Part shown: positions 1 to 9,805 of the stretch, one piece after another
Layout: every line of letters begins with the position of its first letter
Position numbering within the stretch: the stretch's first letter is position 1
From: a bacterium
GTDB lineage: Bacteria; UBA8248; JACPRG01; G963555815
Direction: 5' to 3'
Assembly (NCBI GenBank): GCA_965218795.1
Contig: OZ244653.1
Span: 3,776,001 to 3,840,000, forward strand
Length of the DNA stretch: 64,000 nt
Program-made: the position numbers and the translations under genes
Notes under the pieces: model-generated
Databases searched by the model: none
What the model was told of the DNA's origin: nothing
Seen by the model: only the letters and a program-made list of their open reading frames with translations

Positions 1-681
1 ATTCGCAAAGTAATGACTGCCGACGTTCGCAGAGACCGCATAGCCGAGGATCTCCTTTTCCTTCAGGCTGAGAACCCCCTCGGTCAGAAGGATCTTCGAG
101 CGGGTCCAGGCGGCTTCCAGATAGAGGGGACGATGGGCGACCGCCCGCCAGAACAGAGGAACCGTTTTTCGCCCGAGCCTTTCGCGCTCCCGCTCCCGAA
201 TCTCTCCAAAGACCTTCCCGAGCCTTCCCTTCGCGCCCTCTTCTTCGACCAGGCCCAGGAGCATCCCCTTGGGCGTCCCCCCTTCCTCCTCGGGAGCGAA
301 AATACCCGCCCCGAAGGCGGCCTTGCTCAGCCCGCAGACCAAGTCCACCATGGACATCAATTCCGTCACGGCCTTCTCATCTTTTCCCATCCGCATCACG
401 GCGGCCACGTGTGAATCCGTTCAGTAGCGGCACCCGTTGGCGGCCGAGACGGCCGAGGCGATCATCTCCCTTTGCACGTTGCTCAAGTGTCCCGGCTGGC
501 GGACGGTTTTGGCCTTTCTCCAGGTGGCATCGAGATAGGCCAGATGGTGCCCCATGCAGCGCCAGATGTTGGCCAGCTTGGGAATGCCCCACCGGGCCTT
601 TTCTGCGGCCACTATCTGCTCCACGGTGTTCTCGTTGGATCGACGGATCTCACCCTCGTTCAGCAGGCGGATGGTGGTCAT
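1..681 (-). CDS. Tandem AhpD/carboxymuconolactone-decarboxylase-like protein with in-frame UGA (probable selenocysteine, CxxU); runs off the window edge
   Basis: ORF 421-681 ends EMIASAVSAANGCRY-TGA. The same frame continues TDSHVAAVMRMG... with no stop to position 1 and contains a second AhpD-like repeat (VPLFWRAVAHRPLYLEAAW...EKEILGYAVSA). Confidence 0.85.
391..404 (-). promoter_or_regulatory. Candidate bacterial SECIS hairpin
   Basis: mRNA CCGC-CGUGAU-GCGG lies 17-30 nt downstream of the UGA, with G at loop position 2. Folded by eye only. Confidence 0.4.
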
Positions 682-863
682 GGACGATTCTCCCCGGCCC
701 GTGACGGATGGGCGCAGTCAGGATTTGTCGGGATCTGCAACAATGTACCCGGGCGAGCATTCGGTGGGATCAACGGCCGTTCAGGTTTGAGAGCGGGGGC
801 GGTTGTTGGAGGCCGTTCAGCGCCTCCTCCGGTGCGCGGCCCAAGGGCCCGGCGAAGACGATG

Positions 864-897
864 CGGCCCGCCCCCGCCTCTGGGCGGGGGCGGGCCG
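864..897 (-). terminator. Strong GC hairpin after the binding-protein gene (terminator or mRNA stabiliser)
   Basis: cggcccgcccccgcc-tctg-ggcgggggcgggccg is a perfect 15-bp stem; no U-tract. Confidence 0.55.
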
Positions 898-903
898 GCA
901 AAC

Positions 904-2121
904 TCAGAACCTCGGCTTGGGATACTGGTAGCTGCCCTGCGCCATATCCTTGGGGGAAACGGGCAGCCGCTTCCCGCCCTGGATCTGGATGACGGGCACG
1001 ATGCTGCCGATGTTCTGTCCGTTCTTGTTGAACTTGATCCGGCCGAAGAACGTCATGGCGTCCATGGCCGCCAGGGCGTCCCGGATTTTGTTCTTGTCCA
1101 GGCTGCCGACCTTCTCGATGGCGAGCTGGTACGCAACGCCCGCCGCCGAGGAAGCCGCCGCCACGTAATCGGCCTCATCCCCGGTGGCCTTCATCCACAT
1201 TTTGCTGAAGTCGTCTGGTGTTCCAAGGACGGGTCCCTTGTAACCGAGCGTGTCCGCCCACCAGGAGGCGGTCGTGATACCTTCGGCCGTCTTGCCGAGG
1301 GCCTTCGTGTACTGCGAGTACACGGGCCCGGCCGTCATGAAGATGGCCTTGGGATTGACCTTTAGCTCCTTGGCCTGTTTCGTCGCCAGGATCAGGTCGC
1401 CCAGATAGCCGGCCACCATCAGAACGTCCGGTTTCTTGCCCTTCACCGTCGTCAGCCAGGTGGACATGTCCTTGGCGTCCTTCGGGAACTGGGCATAGTA
1501 GACTTCCTTCAGGCCGTATTTCTTCGAAACCCCCTGGAAGACCTTTGTGATGACCTTGGGGAAGAAGTCGTTCCTCGTGACAAAGGCCATGGTCTTGGGC
1601 TTGGGGTTCTGGGACGACACAAGCTGGAAAAAGCTGTCCGCAGGAAAGTCGTTCGGCACGAGCAGGCCGAACAGGTACTTGTAGCCGCGCGCGTAAAGCT
1701 TCGCGGAGCTGGCGGTCGGCGCGATCATGGGCATGCCGTAGCGCTCGGTCATCGCGGCGACCGAGGCCGTGGCGCCGCTTCCGAACGGCCCGAACGTGAA
1801 CTGAACCTTGTCTTTCGTGATGAGCCGCTCGAAGAGCTTGGTGGCCGTCGGCGTCTTGCTCTCATAATCGTAGTAGACGATCTCCACCTTCATCTTCTTG
1901 CCGCCGACGTTGATTCCGCCCTGCTTGTTGACCAGATTTCTCCAGAGCTCGTAGCCGGTTCGTTGTTTCTTTCCCTCGGTCGCGAGCGGCCCGGTCAGAG
2001 GCAGGGCCGCGCCGAACTTGATGACGTCGGCCGCCTGCGCCGGTGGGATCAGGAAAGAAGTCCCGGCGGCGACCCATGCCAACGCTAGGATGACCCCAAA
2101 CGTTTTTCGCAAGTGACTCAT
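904..2121 (-). CDS. Branched-chain amino acid (LivJ/K-like) ABC substrate-binding protein
   Basis: Signal peptide; IKFGAALPLTG, GGINVGG, GPFGSG motifs; GGAGG RBS before ATG 2121. Confidence 0.9.
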   Translation of the reverse strand: MSHLRKTFGVILALAWVAAGTSFLIPPAQAADVIKFGAALPLTGPLATEGKKQRTGYELWRNLVNKQGGINVGGKKMKVEIVYYDYESKTPTATKLFERLITKDKVQFTFGPFGSGATASVAAMTERYGMPMIAPTASSAKLYARGYKYLFGLLVPNDFPADSFFQLVSSQNPKPKTMAFVTRNDFFPKVITKVFQGVSKKYGLKEVYYAQFPKDAKDMSTWLTTVKGKKPDVLMVAGYLGDLILATKQAKELKVNPKAIFMTAGPVYSQYTKALGKTAEGITTASWWADTLGYKGPVLGTPDDFSKMWMKATGDEADYVAAASSAAGVAYQLAIEKVGSLDKNKIRDALAAMDAMTFFGRIKFNKNGQNIGSIVPVIQIQGGKRLPVSPKDMAQGSYQYPKPRF

Positions 2122-2196
2122 ACGAAGTCCTCCTTCAGTGTATGGGAATGGTGACACGGTATCACCTCCTGCCATCCAAAAGCATGGATGAGGATC

Positions 2197-4527
2197 CTAC
2201 TCCACCCTCTCCACCTCTTGATCAACCCCCGCTTGAATCAGCGCCTCATAAACACGCTCGGGATTCATCGGCAACTCGTGGAGCCGAATCCCCGTGGCAT
2301 CGGCAATGGCGTTGGCCACGGCCGCGGCTGTCGGCACCAGTCCCGGCTCGCCGACGCCCTTGGCCCCGTAGAGCGGCCGGCCTTCGGGATCCTCGACCTC
2401 GACCACGAACGTATCCGGAATGGGCATATCCAGGGCGCACGGAATCTTGTAATCGATGAACGACGGGTTGACGGCCGAGCCGCCGTCCTGGGCCAATTCC
2501 TCGAAGAGAGCGAAGCCCAATCCCTGTGCAATGGATCCTTCAATTTGACCTTCCACGCCCCGGCGGTTCATCACGCGGCCCACGTCGTGGGCGGCCAGGA
2601 ACCGCAGGATTTCTACATGTCCCGTCTCCGTGTCCACCTCTACTTCGACCAGATGGCAGCCCGTCGAGTAGGTGGGGATCTGGTTGCTCCAGTCCACGAG
2701 TCCCGCCGCCTCCACGTCTTCGAACCGGCCCTCGACCGTAATCGGGACTCCTTTCTTGTCGTAGAGGATCGAGACGGCATCGGCGAAGGTCATGGTCTTG
2801 TCGGGATGGCCGGCAACGTATATCTCCGAATCCTCGGCGCGCAGGTCCTCAACGGAAACCTCCCATTCTTCCGCGACGGCTTCGAAGATCTGCCGGCGGC
2901 CTTCCTCTCCGGCCGCTTTGGCCGCCTGTCCGCACACCCAGGTGCTCCGGCTTCCGTAGTTGCCGAGGTCGTAGGGCACGACGTCGGTATCGTCCGCGAT
3001 GACCACGATGTCGTCCATCCGGACGCCGAGCTCCTCGGCCGCAATTTGAGCCATGATGGTCAGGGCGCCCTGTCCCGTATCGTTGGCCGGCGTGTTCAAA
3101 AAGACTTGGCCGTCCCGGGCGATGTTGATGAAGGTACCCGCCGAGTTGTAGCCGTAGTAGCGGGAGCCGGCGCCCGAGTGCATCATGACGGCGAGGCCCA
3201 TGCCCCGGCGAAAGCGTCCGTTGCCCTCACCGTTTCGGCCGCCTTGGACACGGAACTCCTTCCACCCCGCCGACTCGGCCACCATATCCAGGCATCGTTC
3301 CAGCTGGCATTCGGGCAGAACGACGCCCGACGGGCTGGTCTCTCCCGCCCGGTTCGCGTTGATGCGGCGCAGTTCCAGAGGATCCATGCCCAGAAGGTCG
3401 GCCATGCGGTCCATTTGGGATTCGGCGGCAAAGGTGAGCTGCGGATTGCCAAAGCCCCGAAAGGCCGTCCCCGGCTGGCGGTTGGTGTAAACGATATATC
3501 CATCGTACTGGATGTTCGGCACGTTATAGAGAACCGCGAACATGGAGCCCGCGAAGCTGAGGGTTGCGCTGCCCTTATCCGTATAAGCGCCGCTGTCCAC
3601 GTAGATCTGAACAGAGCGGGCCGTCAGCCGGCCGTCGGACCGAACGCCGGCCTTCAAGTCGATGTGGTACGGGTACCGGGTCCGCGAGATCAGAAATTCG
3701 TCGGTCCGTGTGTTGGCGACCTTCACGGGCCGGTCCGTTTTTCCGGCCAGGATGGCGGCCACGGGCAGCCCCATGTCCATCACCATCCGGTTGCCGAACG
3801 CCCCGCCGGTGGCGGGCTTGATGATCTGGATACGCCGGGGTTGGATGTCGAGGGTCCGGGCGACTTCTTCCTTCAGCGTGTGGGGCGCCTGGGTGGAGGC
3901 CCACAGGGTCAAGCGGGAGTTCGGCCCCGTTCTCTCCCAACGGGCGATACAGCTACGGGTCTCCAGGGTGCAGTGTGCGGCTCTCTGCGTGACGAAAGAG
4001 TCTTCGACAACGTGGTCCGCCTCGGCAAAGCCCTTTTCCGGATCGCCGTAGGTCTTGTTGAGCGAGAAGGCGATATTCCGCTCTTTCCCCTCGTGAATGA
4101 GGGGCGCCTCTTCGCGGACGGCTTCTTTCGGATCGAAGACGGCCGGGAGCGTTTTATATTCCACGTGTATGAGAGAAAGCGCCTCGTCCGCCTGCTCTTC
4201 GGTCTCGGCGGCCACCGCGGCTACTTCATCACCGACGAACCGGACGCTGCCGTCGCAGAGCGGGAGCTTGTCGGCCTGGGGCGCGGTGAAGCTGAAGGGG
4301 ATTTTGGGCGTGTCCTCCGCGGTGATGACCGCCCGGACCCCTCTGGCCGTCTCGGCACGCGAGGTGTCGATGTTCAGGATACGGGCGTGCGCGTGGGGGC
4401 TGCGGAGAATTCTGCCGTGCAGCGTTCCGGGAAGCTCGATGTCGGACAGGAATTCCATGGCCCCGGTCGCCTTGGGCGGGGCATCGACCCGGGGGACTCC
4501 TTTTCCGACCAAGGACAGCGGTTTCAT
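2197..4527 (-). CDS. Xanthine dehydrogenase family molybdopterin-binding subunit (HcrA/CoxL-like)
   Basis: LRSPHAHARI, GGAFG, AFRGFGNPQ, GQG, EVEVDTETG, GQIEG, AKGVGE motifs. Confidence 0.93.
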   Translation of the reverse strand: MKPLSLVGKGVPRVDAPPKATGAMEFLSDIELPGTLHGRILRSPHAHARILNIDTSRAETARGVRAVITAEDTPKIPFSFTAPQADKLPLCDGSVRFVGDEVAAVAAETEEQADEALSLIHVEYKTLPAVFDPKEAVREEAPLIHEGKERNIAFSLNKTYGDPEKGFAEADHVVEDSFVTQRAAHCTLETRSCIARWERTGPNSRLTLWASTQAPHTLKEEVARTLDIQPRRIQIIKPATGGAFGNRMVMDMGLPVAAILAGKTDRPVKVANTRTDEFLISRTRYPYHIDLKAGVRSDGRLTARSVQIYVDSGAYTDKGSATLSFAGSMFAVLYNVPNIQYDGYIVYTNRQPGTAFRGFGNPQLTFAAESQMDRMADLLGMDPLELRRINANRAGETSPSGVVLPECQLERCLDMVAESAGWKEFRVQGGRNGEGNGRFRRGMGLAVMMHSGAGSRYYGYNSAGTFINIARDGQVFLNTPANDTGQGALTIMAQIAAEELGVRMDDIVVIADDTDVVPYDLGNYGSRSTWVCGQAAKAAGEEGRRQIFEAVAEEWEVSVEDLRAEDSEIYVAGHPDKTMTFADAVSILYDKKGVPITVEGRFEDVEAAGLVDWSNQIPTYSTGCHLVEVEVDTETGHVEILRFLAAHDVGRVMNRRGVEGQIEGSIAQGLGFALFEELAQDGGSAVNPSFIDYKIPCALDMPIPDTFVVEVEDPEGRPLYGAKGVGEPGLVPTAAAVANAIADATGIRLHELPMNPERVYEALIQAGVDQEVERVE

Positions 4528-4693
4528 CGGCCAATCCCTTTGAAGGCGCCGAATGCGTCCGGAACCGCTTCAACGGTTGCGCCGTTTCGATGATAGCAGC
4601 GGATTTTCAATCCTATCAGATGAAGCCGTTGCGTCACAACGACGTGGGAGACCGCCGGGCGCGAAACCGCCTCCCCCTCAGCCGCCCGCTTCC

Positions 4694-5425
4694 CTACATG
4701 CCGAGGTAGGACCGCTTCATTTCGGGATGTTCCAGGAGTTCCTGGGAGCTGCCCGACAGCGAGATCCGGCCGGTCTCGAAGACGTATGCCCGGCCGGCCA
4801 GCTCCAGGGCCGTGAGGACGTCCTGCTCCACCAGAATCACCGTGACCCCTTCGGCGTTGATTTCCTGAACAATGGTCGAGAGCTCTTCCACGATACGGGG
4901 CGCCAACCCGAGGGACAGCTCGTCGATCAGGAGGAGCTTCGGCCGGGCCATCAGGCCGCGCGCGATGGCGCACATTTGCTGCTCCCCCCCGGAAAGGCTT
5001 CCGGCGAGCTGATGCCGGCGGCCGCTCAGCGCGGGAAAATATTGGAACACCCGATCCAGATCGGCCTGAAGATCCTTGACCGGCATCTTTCGGGCGTAGG
5101 CCCCCATGAGCAGGTTCTCTTCCAGGCTCATCGCCGGGAAGAGCCTGCGTCCCTCCGGGACGTGGGCGATTCCCTTCTCGACGATCTCCTCGGACCTGGC
5201 CTGCTCCATCGCCTCGCCGTCGAATGAGATGCTGCCCGCCGCCGGCTTCAGGATGCCGGAGAGGGTCTTCAGGAACGTCGTCTTGCCGGCTCCGTTACTG
5301 CCGATGACGGCGACGATCTCTCCCTGATAGACTTCGACGTCGATCCCCCAGAGGATCTGGATGTCGCCGTACCCGGTCTCGAGACCCTTGACCTTCAGGA
5401 GCGTAGAGCCGTTTGTCGCATTCAT
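4694..5425 (-). CDS. livF: Branched-chain amino acid ABC transporter ATPase
   Basis: GSNGAGKT, VPEGRRLF, LSGGEQQM, DELSLGLAP. Confidence 0.92.
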   Translation of the reverse strand: MNATNGSTLLKVKGLETGYGDIQILWGIDVEVYQGEIVAVIGSNGAGKTTFLKTLSGILKPAAGSISFDGEAMEQARSEEIVEKGIAHVPEGRRLFPAMSLEENLLMGAYARKMPVKDLQADLDRVFQYFPALSGRRHQLAGSLSGGEQQMCAIARGLMARPKLLLIDELSLGLAPRIVEELSTIVQEINAEGVTVILVEQDVLTALELAGRAYVFETGRISLSGSSQELLEHPEMKRSYLGM

Positions 5426-5456
5426 TCCGGTTGACTCGAATCCGGCGGTGACCGCC

Positions 5457-6221
5457 TCATCTGCCGCTTTCGGCGATCCGGGCGGCGAACTTCTCACCCA
5501 GGTAGGCGCGGATGACCTGATCGTCGCTGGTGACCATCCTGGGGTCGCCCTCCGCGATTTTTTCGCCATGGTGAAGCACGAACACCCGATCCGACAGTCC
5601 CATGATGACGTGCATGACGTGTTCGATGATGAGGATGGTGATCCCCTGGTCGCGAATCCTTTGGATCAGTGCGATGGCTTCCCGGGTTTCGTTCGTGTTG
5701 AGCCCGGCATTGACCTCATCGAGGAGCAGAAGCTCGGGGTTGGTGGCCAGCGACTTGGCGAGCTCCAAACGCTTTCGCTCGACCAGGGTGAGCTCCGCGG
5801 CCAGCCGGTCCGCCATCTCGGCGAGACCCACGAATTCCAGCTTTTCGCGGGCAACGTCGCGCGCCCGGTGTATATCGTTCTCGGTGTGCATATGACCGAA
5901 CAGGGCCCCCATGACGACGTTGTCCAGCACGGTCAGGTTGGGAAACGGTTGAACGATCTGGAACGTCCGGGCGACGCCTAACCGTGTGACCTGATGGGGC
6001 TTGAATCCGTTGATGGGGCGGCCATTGAACGTCATCGTCCCGCTTTCGATGGGGAAGACGCCCGTGATGCAGTTGACCAGCGTGGTCTTGCCCGCGCCGT
6101 TCGGCCCGATCAGACCGAGGATTTCACCCTTACGGACCTGAAAGTCCACGTTGGAGACGGCCGTCAGGCCGCCAAACTCCTTGGTGACACCCTGTCCCTG
6201 GAAAAGAATATCCGCGTTCAT
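5457..6221 (-). CDS. livG: Branched-chain amino acid ABC transporter ATPase
   Basis: FGGLTAV, GPNGAGKTT, ARTFQ, LLLDE, IEH, AYLG. Confidence 0.92.
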   Translation of the reverse strand: MNADILFQGQGVTKEFGGLTAVSNVDFQVRKGEILGLIGPNGAGKTTLVNCITGVFPIESGTMTFNGRPINGFKPHQVTRLGVARTFQIVQPFPNLTVLDNVVMGALFGHMHTENDIHRARDVAREKLEFVGLAEMADRLAAELTLVERKRLELAKSLATNPELLLLDEVNAGLNTNETREAIALIQRIRDQGITILIIEHVMHVIMGLSDRVFVLHHGEKIAEGDPRMVTSDDQVIRAYLGEKFAARIAESGR

Positions 6222-7201
6222 ACCCGATAGCGTTGGACGCTTTTGAAGAAGATTGAGCCGATGAACCGGATGCCTTTGGCTCTGACTTCCTGGTAGACGG
6301 AGAAGAATCCCTTCGGGAGGAAGATCACGATCAACACCATGATGATCCCGAGGAACGCGCTGTGAAACTCCAGGAACTGTCCCCAGAGATAATCGTTTAT
6401 GAGCTCGATGAAGCCCGCCCCGAGGATCGGTCCCATGACCGTGCCCGCCCCTCCAATCAAGGTCATGACGATGGCCCGGATGGAGAACAACACGTCAAAG
6501 ACGTCGATGGGCTCCAGAAAAGCGGCGCGGTAGGCGTACACCCCGCCCGCCATGGCGGGATAAATGGCTGAGAGGACGAAGCCGTATATCTTGTACTTCG
6601 TGGTCTCGATCCCCAGCATGGCGGCCGCGTCCTCGTTCTCCCGGATAGCCACCAACCCGAATCCGAGCCGGCTCCTTGTGACCCAATACATCGTGATGAA
6701 GGACAGTATGGCGACCGCCAGCATGTAGTAGTAGAACAACCGGGTGAAATAATCGGGACCGCCCGGCGCCAGCGGGAGATTGATACCGTCCCCCCCCCCC
6801 GTAATCTCCAGATTCTCCGCCAGCTCCCGCAGGGTCTCGGCCACGCCGTAGCTGGCGATCGCGAAGTAATGCCCCTTCAGGCGGAGGATGGGAATCCCCA
6901 AAACAAAGGCCAGAAGGGCCCCTGCAAAGGCCCCGATAAAGAGCGTAGCGATGAAAGGCGTTCCGATGTTCATGAAGATGGCCGTCAGATACGCCCCCAG
7001 CCCGAAAAAGGCCGCAGGTCCGAAGGACGGATACCCGGTCAGACCGCCGATGAAGTTCCAGCTCATCGCGAGGATGGCGAGCATCAGGACGTCAAACCAC
7101 TTCCGGATCTCATCGTTGGGCTCGAAGGTCGGGATCAGGATGAAGAGGACGATCCCCGCTCCCATTGCGATCCATTGAATTTTGGTCCACGGACGAAACA
7201 T
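6218..7201 (-). CDS. livM: Branched-chain amino acid ABC permease
   Basis: Hydrophobic; AAFFGLGAY, LRLKGHYFAI, AIRENEDAA. Confidence 0.9.
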   Translation of the reverse strand: MFRPWTKIQWIAMGAGIVLFILIPTFEPNDEIRKWFDVLMLAILAMSWNFIGGLTGYPSFGPAAFFGLGAYLTAIFMNIGTPFIATLFIGAFAGALLAFVLGIPILRLKGHYFAIASYGVAETLRELAENLEITGGGDGINLPLAPGGPDYFTRLFYYYMLAVAILSFITMYWVTRSRLGFGLVAIRENEDAAAMLGIETTKYKIYGFVLSAIYPAMAGGVYAYRAAFLEPIDVFDVLFSIRAIVMTLIGGAGTVMGPILGAGFIELINDYLWGQFLEFHSAFLGIIMVLIVIFLPKGFFSVYQEVRAKGIRFIGSIFFKSVQRYRV

Positions 7202-8071
7202 TTACTTGGCGTATCCCGTCTTGCCGAAAAGGCCTTCGGGCCGGATGAACAAAACCATGACCATCAGAATGAAGCCGACGGCGTTCTGGTATCCGGGGCC
7301 GAAATAGTAAGCCCCGAAGTTTTCCACAAGCCCCAGGACCAGGCCCCCGACCAGGGCGCCCACCATGTTGCCCAGGCCGCCGATGATGCAGATCACAAAG
7401 GACTTGGCCAGAAATTCAACGTCAATGACCGGCGAAATGGAGAACCCCACGCTGACCAGGGACCCCGCGGCTGCGGCCATCGCAGCCCCGAGCCCGAAGG
7501 TGATCGAGTAGATGCGCCCGATGTTCACGCCCATCAGGCGCGCGCCGTCCAGGTCCATGCGGGTGGCGCGGATGGCGCGTCCCGTTCGCGTCCTGGCCAT
7601 GAACCAGAAGAGCAGGCCCGTCATGACGATGGCCAATATGAACATGATCAGACGGATGAAGGGAACGATGATCTCACCGATCTGGAAGGAAAACTCGGCG
7701 TAGGCGGCCTGCACGGCGCGGTAGTCGCCCGTCCAGAAATGCAGGGCCATGTTCACGGCGAAGAGTTCGAGGCCGAACGTCAGGATCAGCGTAATGAACA
7801 GGGGGGCCTTGATGACCAAGTTGATCACCAGATACTGGGTCAGGTAGCCCACGCAAAACATCAGCAGGATACTCAGCGGGAGGCTGATGAAGGGATCGAT
7901 TCCGTACAAGTGGAACAGCCAGAAGGTGACATATCCACCCAGCATGAGGAAGGTGCCGTGGAGGACGTTCAGGATGTTCATCACGCCCCACACCAGCGAG
8001 AACCCGATGGCGACGCAGGCGTAGATTCCCCCGAGCAGTATGCTGTTGATCAAGGTCTGGACGTAGAACAT
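7202..8071 (-). CDS. livH: Branched-chain amino acid ABC permease
   Basis: GFSLVWGVMNILNVLHG, GRAIRA, IIGGLG, RPEGLFG. Confidence 0.92.
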   Translation of the reverse strand: MFYVQTLINSILLGGIYACVAIGFSLVWGVMNILNVLHGTFLMLGGYVTFWLFHLYGIDPFISLPLSILLMFCVGYLTQYLVINLVIKAPLFITLILTFGLELFAVNMALHFWTGDYRAVQAAYAEFSFQIGEIIVPFIRLIMFILAIVMTGLLFWFMARTRTGRAIRATRMDLDGARLMGVNIGRIYSITFGLGAAMAAAAGSLVSVGFSISPVIDVEFLAKSFVICIIGGLGNMVGALVGGLVLGLVENFGAYYFGPGYQNAVGFILMVMVLFIRPEGLFGKTGYAK

Positions 8072-8419
8072 CCTGAACGAATTCCGTTGGACACAGGGTT
8101 TTCAATTGGTTGGGGTGCGGGTATCCGATAGGGAGAGCAGCCCCCGTCCTGAATCCGAAAACTCTTTCTTCTAGCTTGAGTACGGAGGAAAGTCAACCCT
8201 ATATCCCGCCTTCAGACGGCAGCGGGAATGGCCGCCCATTAAAAGAACCCGAGGGGGCATTTGGCTCACTGACGGGCCGGGCCGGCTGCGATCTGTGGTC
8301 ATGGACTGTCAAGGCCTCCTTGGCGCACGCATTCCGGAAGTTGAATCACAAGCAACACCCGCGCGGAAGCCTGAAGCCGCGCGTCCCGCCCTGCTCGGAG
8401 AGGGCCGCGACTCGGGTCC

Positions 8420-9805
8420 TCACGCACCCTGGATGAACAGGCGGTCCACGGCGGCGGCGAGTTCGGCCAGGCTGCTGACCTGATGGAGGTGGTCGCAAAG
8501 CGGGATGTAGGCAAAGATGTCGCTGTCACCTGAACCCCAGAGCGGCCGGGGCTCCGGGTTCATCCAGACGATGCGACGGGCTCGTCGCCCGATCAGCTCC
8601 ACGACGTCCAGCCTGGGGTCGTTGTAATTGTTCCGGCCGTCCCCCAGGAAGATTACCGTCGTACGGCCGTCCACCGAATCGAGAAAGTCCCGGGAAAACT
8701 GTGCCAGCGACGCGCCGAGGTCCGTGTTGTAGCAGCCCGCCTGGAGGTTCTGCAATACCTTCTCTACCGCAACCTCCGGCCGGTGTTCGTGAAAAGGCTC
8801 GCTGATCTCCTCCATGTGATCGATGAAGGCGAAGCTTCGGGCCTTGGCCACCTGATCCTGGAGCTCGTAGATCAGCCGAAGCATGAATTCGGCGCAGTGA
8901 CGGACAGACGTCGACACATCGCAGATCAGCACCAGCTTCGGTTTCAGGTGACGGGTTCTCCATCGGAGGTCCAGCGGGACGCCCCCGTGCCTCAGATTGG
9001 CCCGGATGGTTCCTTTCGGATCGAGGATGCCTTTCTTCCCGCGGCGGTGCCGGAGCGCCGCGCGGCTTCTCAACCGGGCCGCCAGCCGGCGAACCTCGTC
9101 GCGCAGGGCGTCGGCCTCTTCCTCATTGAGCTGTCGAAACGGCCGATGCAGCAAATCCGGTTCGGCCTCGGGCCCGGACTTTTCGGCGAGTCTGCGGGCC
9201 GCGCTCCCGCCCGCAAAGTGCTGGAGCTGTTCCTCCAGCGCCTCCAGGTTGGCTCCGAACAGCTCCCGGACCTTTTCCAGCCCCTGCTTCCCCATTCCCA
9301 TTTCAGCAAGGGTCTCAAGGAGGGCCTCGAGCGCCTCCATCACTTCCTTCAGTCCGAGGGCCCGCTTCATCCGCTGTTCGGCCCACCGTTGCTCCCACGG
9401 TGTTCTTACATCGGGGAGGCCGGCCTGCTCCCCCAGCGCGTCGAGTTCCCCCTGTTTCATCGGACGGCCTTGCATGAGCTGACGCAGGAGGCCGAGGAGC
9501 TCGGGCGGCAGGGATTGCATCGCCTGACGGAGCATCTCCGTCTCCTCGGGAGACAGGAGATCGGAGGGCTGGAGAAGAGGCTTTTCCCCGGTTCCGAAAT
9601 ACAAGGGAAAGAGCCGCTCGAACGTCGGAAGGTCTCCGCTGTCCTTGATGAGCGTGAGGCTCAGGACCGTTTTGAAGATGTCGCGAGATTGAATTCCCGT
9701 CTGCCGGACAGCACACAGGGAATCCTCGCTTTCGGCCACGGAGACCCGCACGCCGGCTCCGCGCAGGCCGGCCACGAAATCGACGATTCTATCTTCCATT
9801 GGCAC
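8420..9805 (-). CDS. CoxE-like VWA domain protein
   Basis: CDVSTS (MIDAS-like DxSxS), LGDGRNN, WMNPE; overlaps the MoxR ATPase gene. Confidence 0.88.
   Translation of the reverse strand: MPMEDRIVDFVAGLRGAGVRVSVAESEDSLCAVRQTGIQSRDIFKTVLSLTLIKDSGDLPTFERLFPLYFGTGEKPLLQPSDLLSPEETEMLRQAMQSLPPELLGLLRQLMQGRPMKQGELDALGEQAGLPDVRTPWEQRWAEQRMKRALGLKEVMEALEALLETLAEMGMGKQGLEKVRELFGANLEALEEQLQHFAGGSAARRLAEKSGPEAEPDLLHRPFRQLNEEEADALRDEVRRLAARLRSRAALRHRRGKKGILDPKGTIRANLRHGGVPLDLRWRTRHLKPKLVLICDVSTSVRHCAEFMLRLIYELQDQVAKARSFAFIDHMEEISEPFHEHRPEVAVEKVLQNLQAGCYNTDLGASLAQFSRDFLDSVDGRTTVIFLGDGRNNYNDPRLDVVELIGRRARRIVWMNPEPRPLWGSGDSDIFAYIPLCDHLHQVSSLAELAAAVDRLFIQGA

Noticed and set aside
13-414. 133-aa plus-strand ORF
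   Set aside because: Exact antisense shadow of the AhpD read-through frame; no recognisable motifs.
2188-4593. 801-aa plus-strand ORF (similarly 27939-29972, 50153-51103, 63054-63992 on the minus strand)
   Set aside because: Antisense shadows of real genes, expected from GC-rich codon bias.
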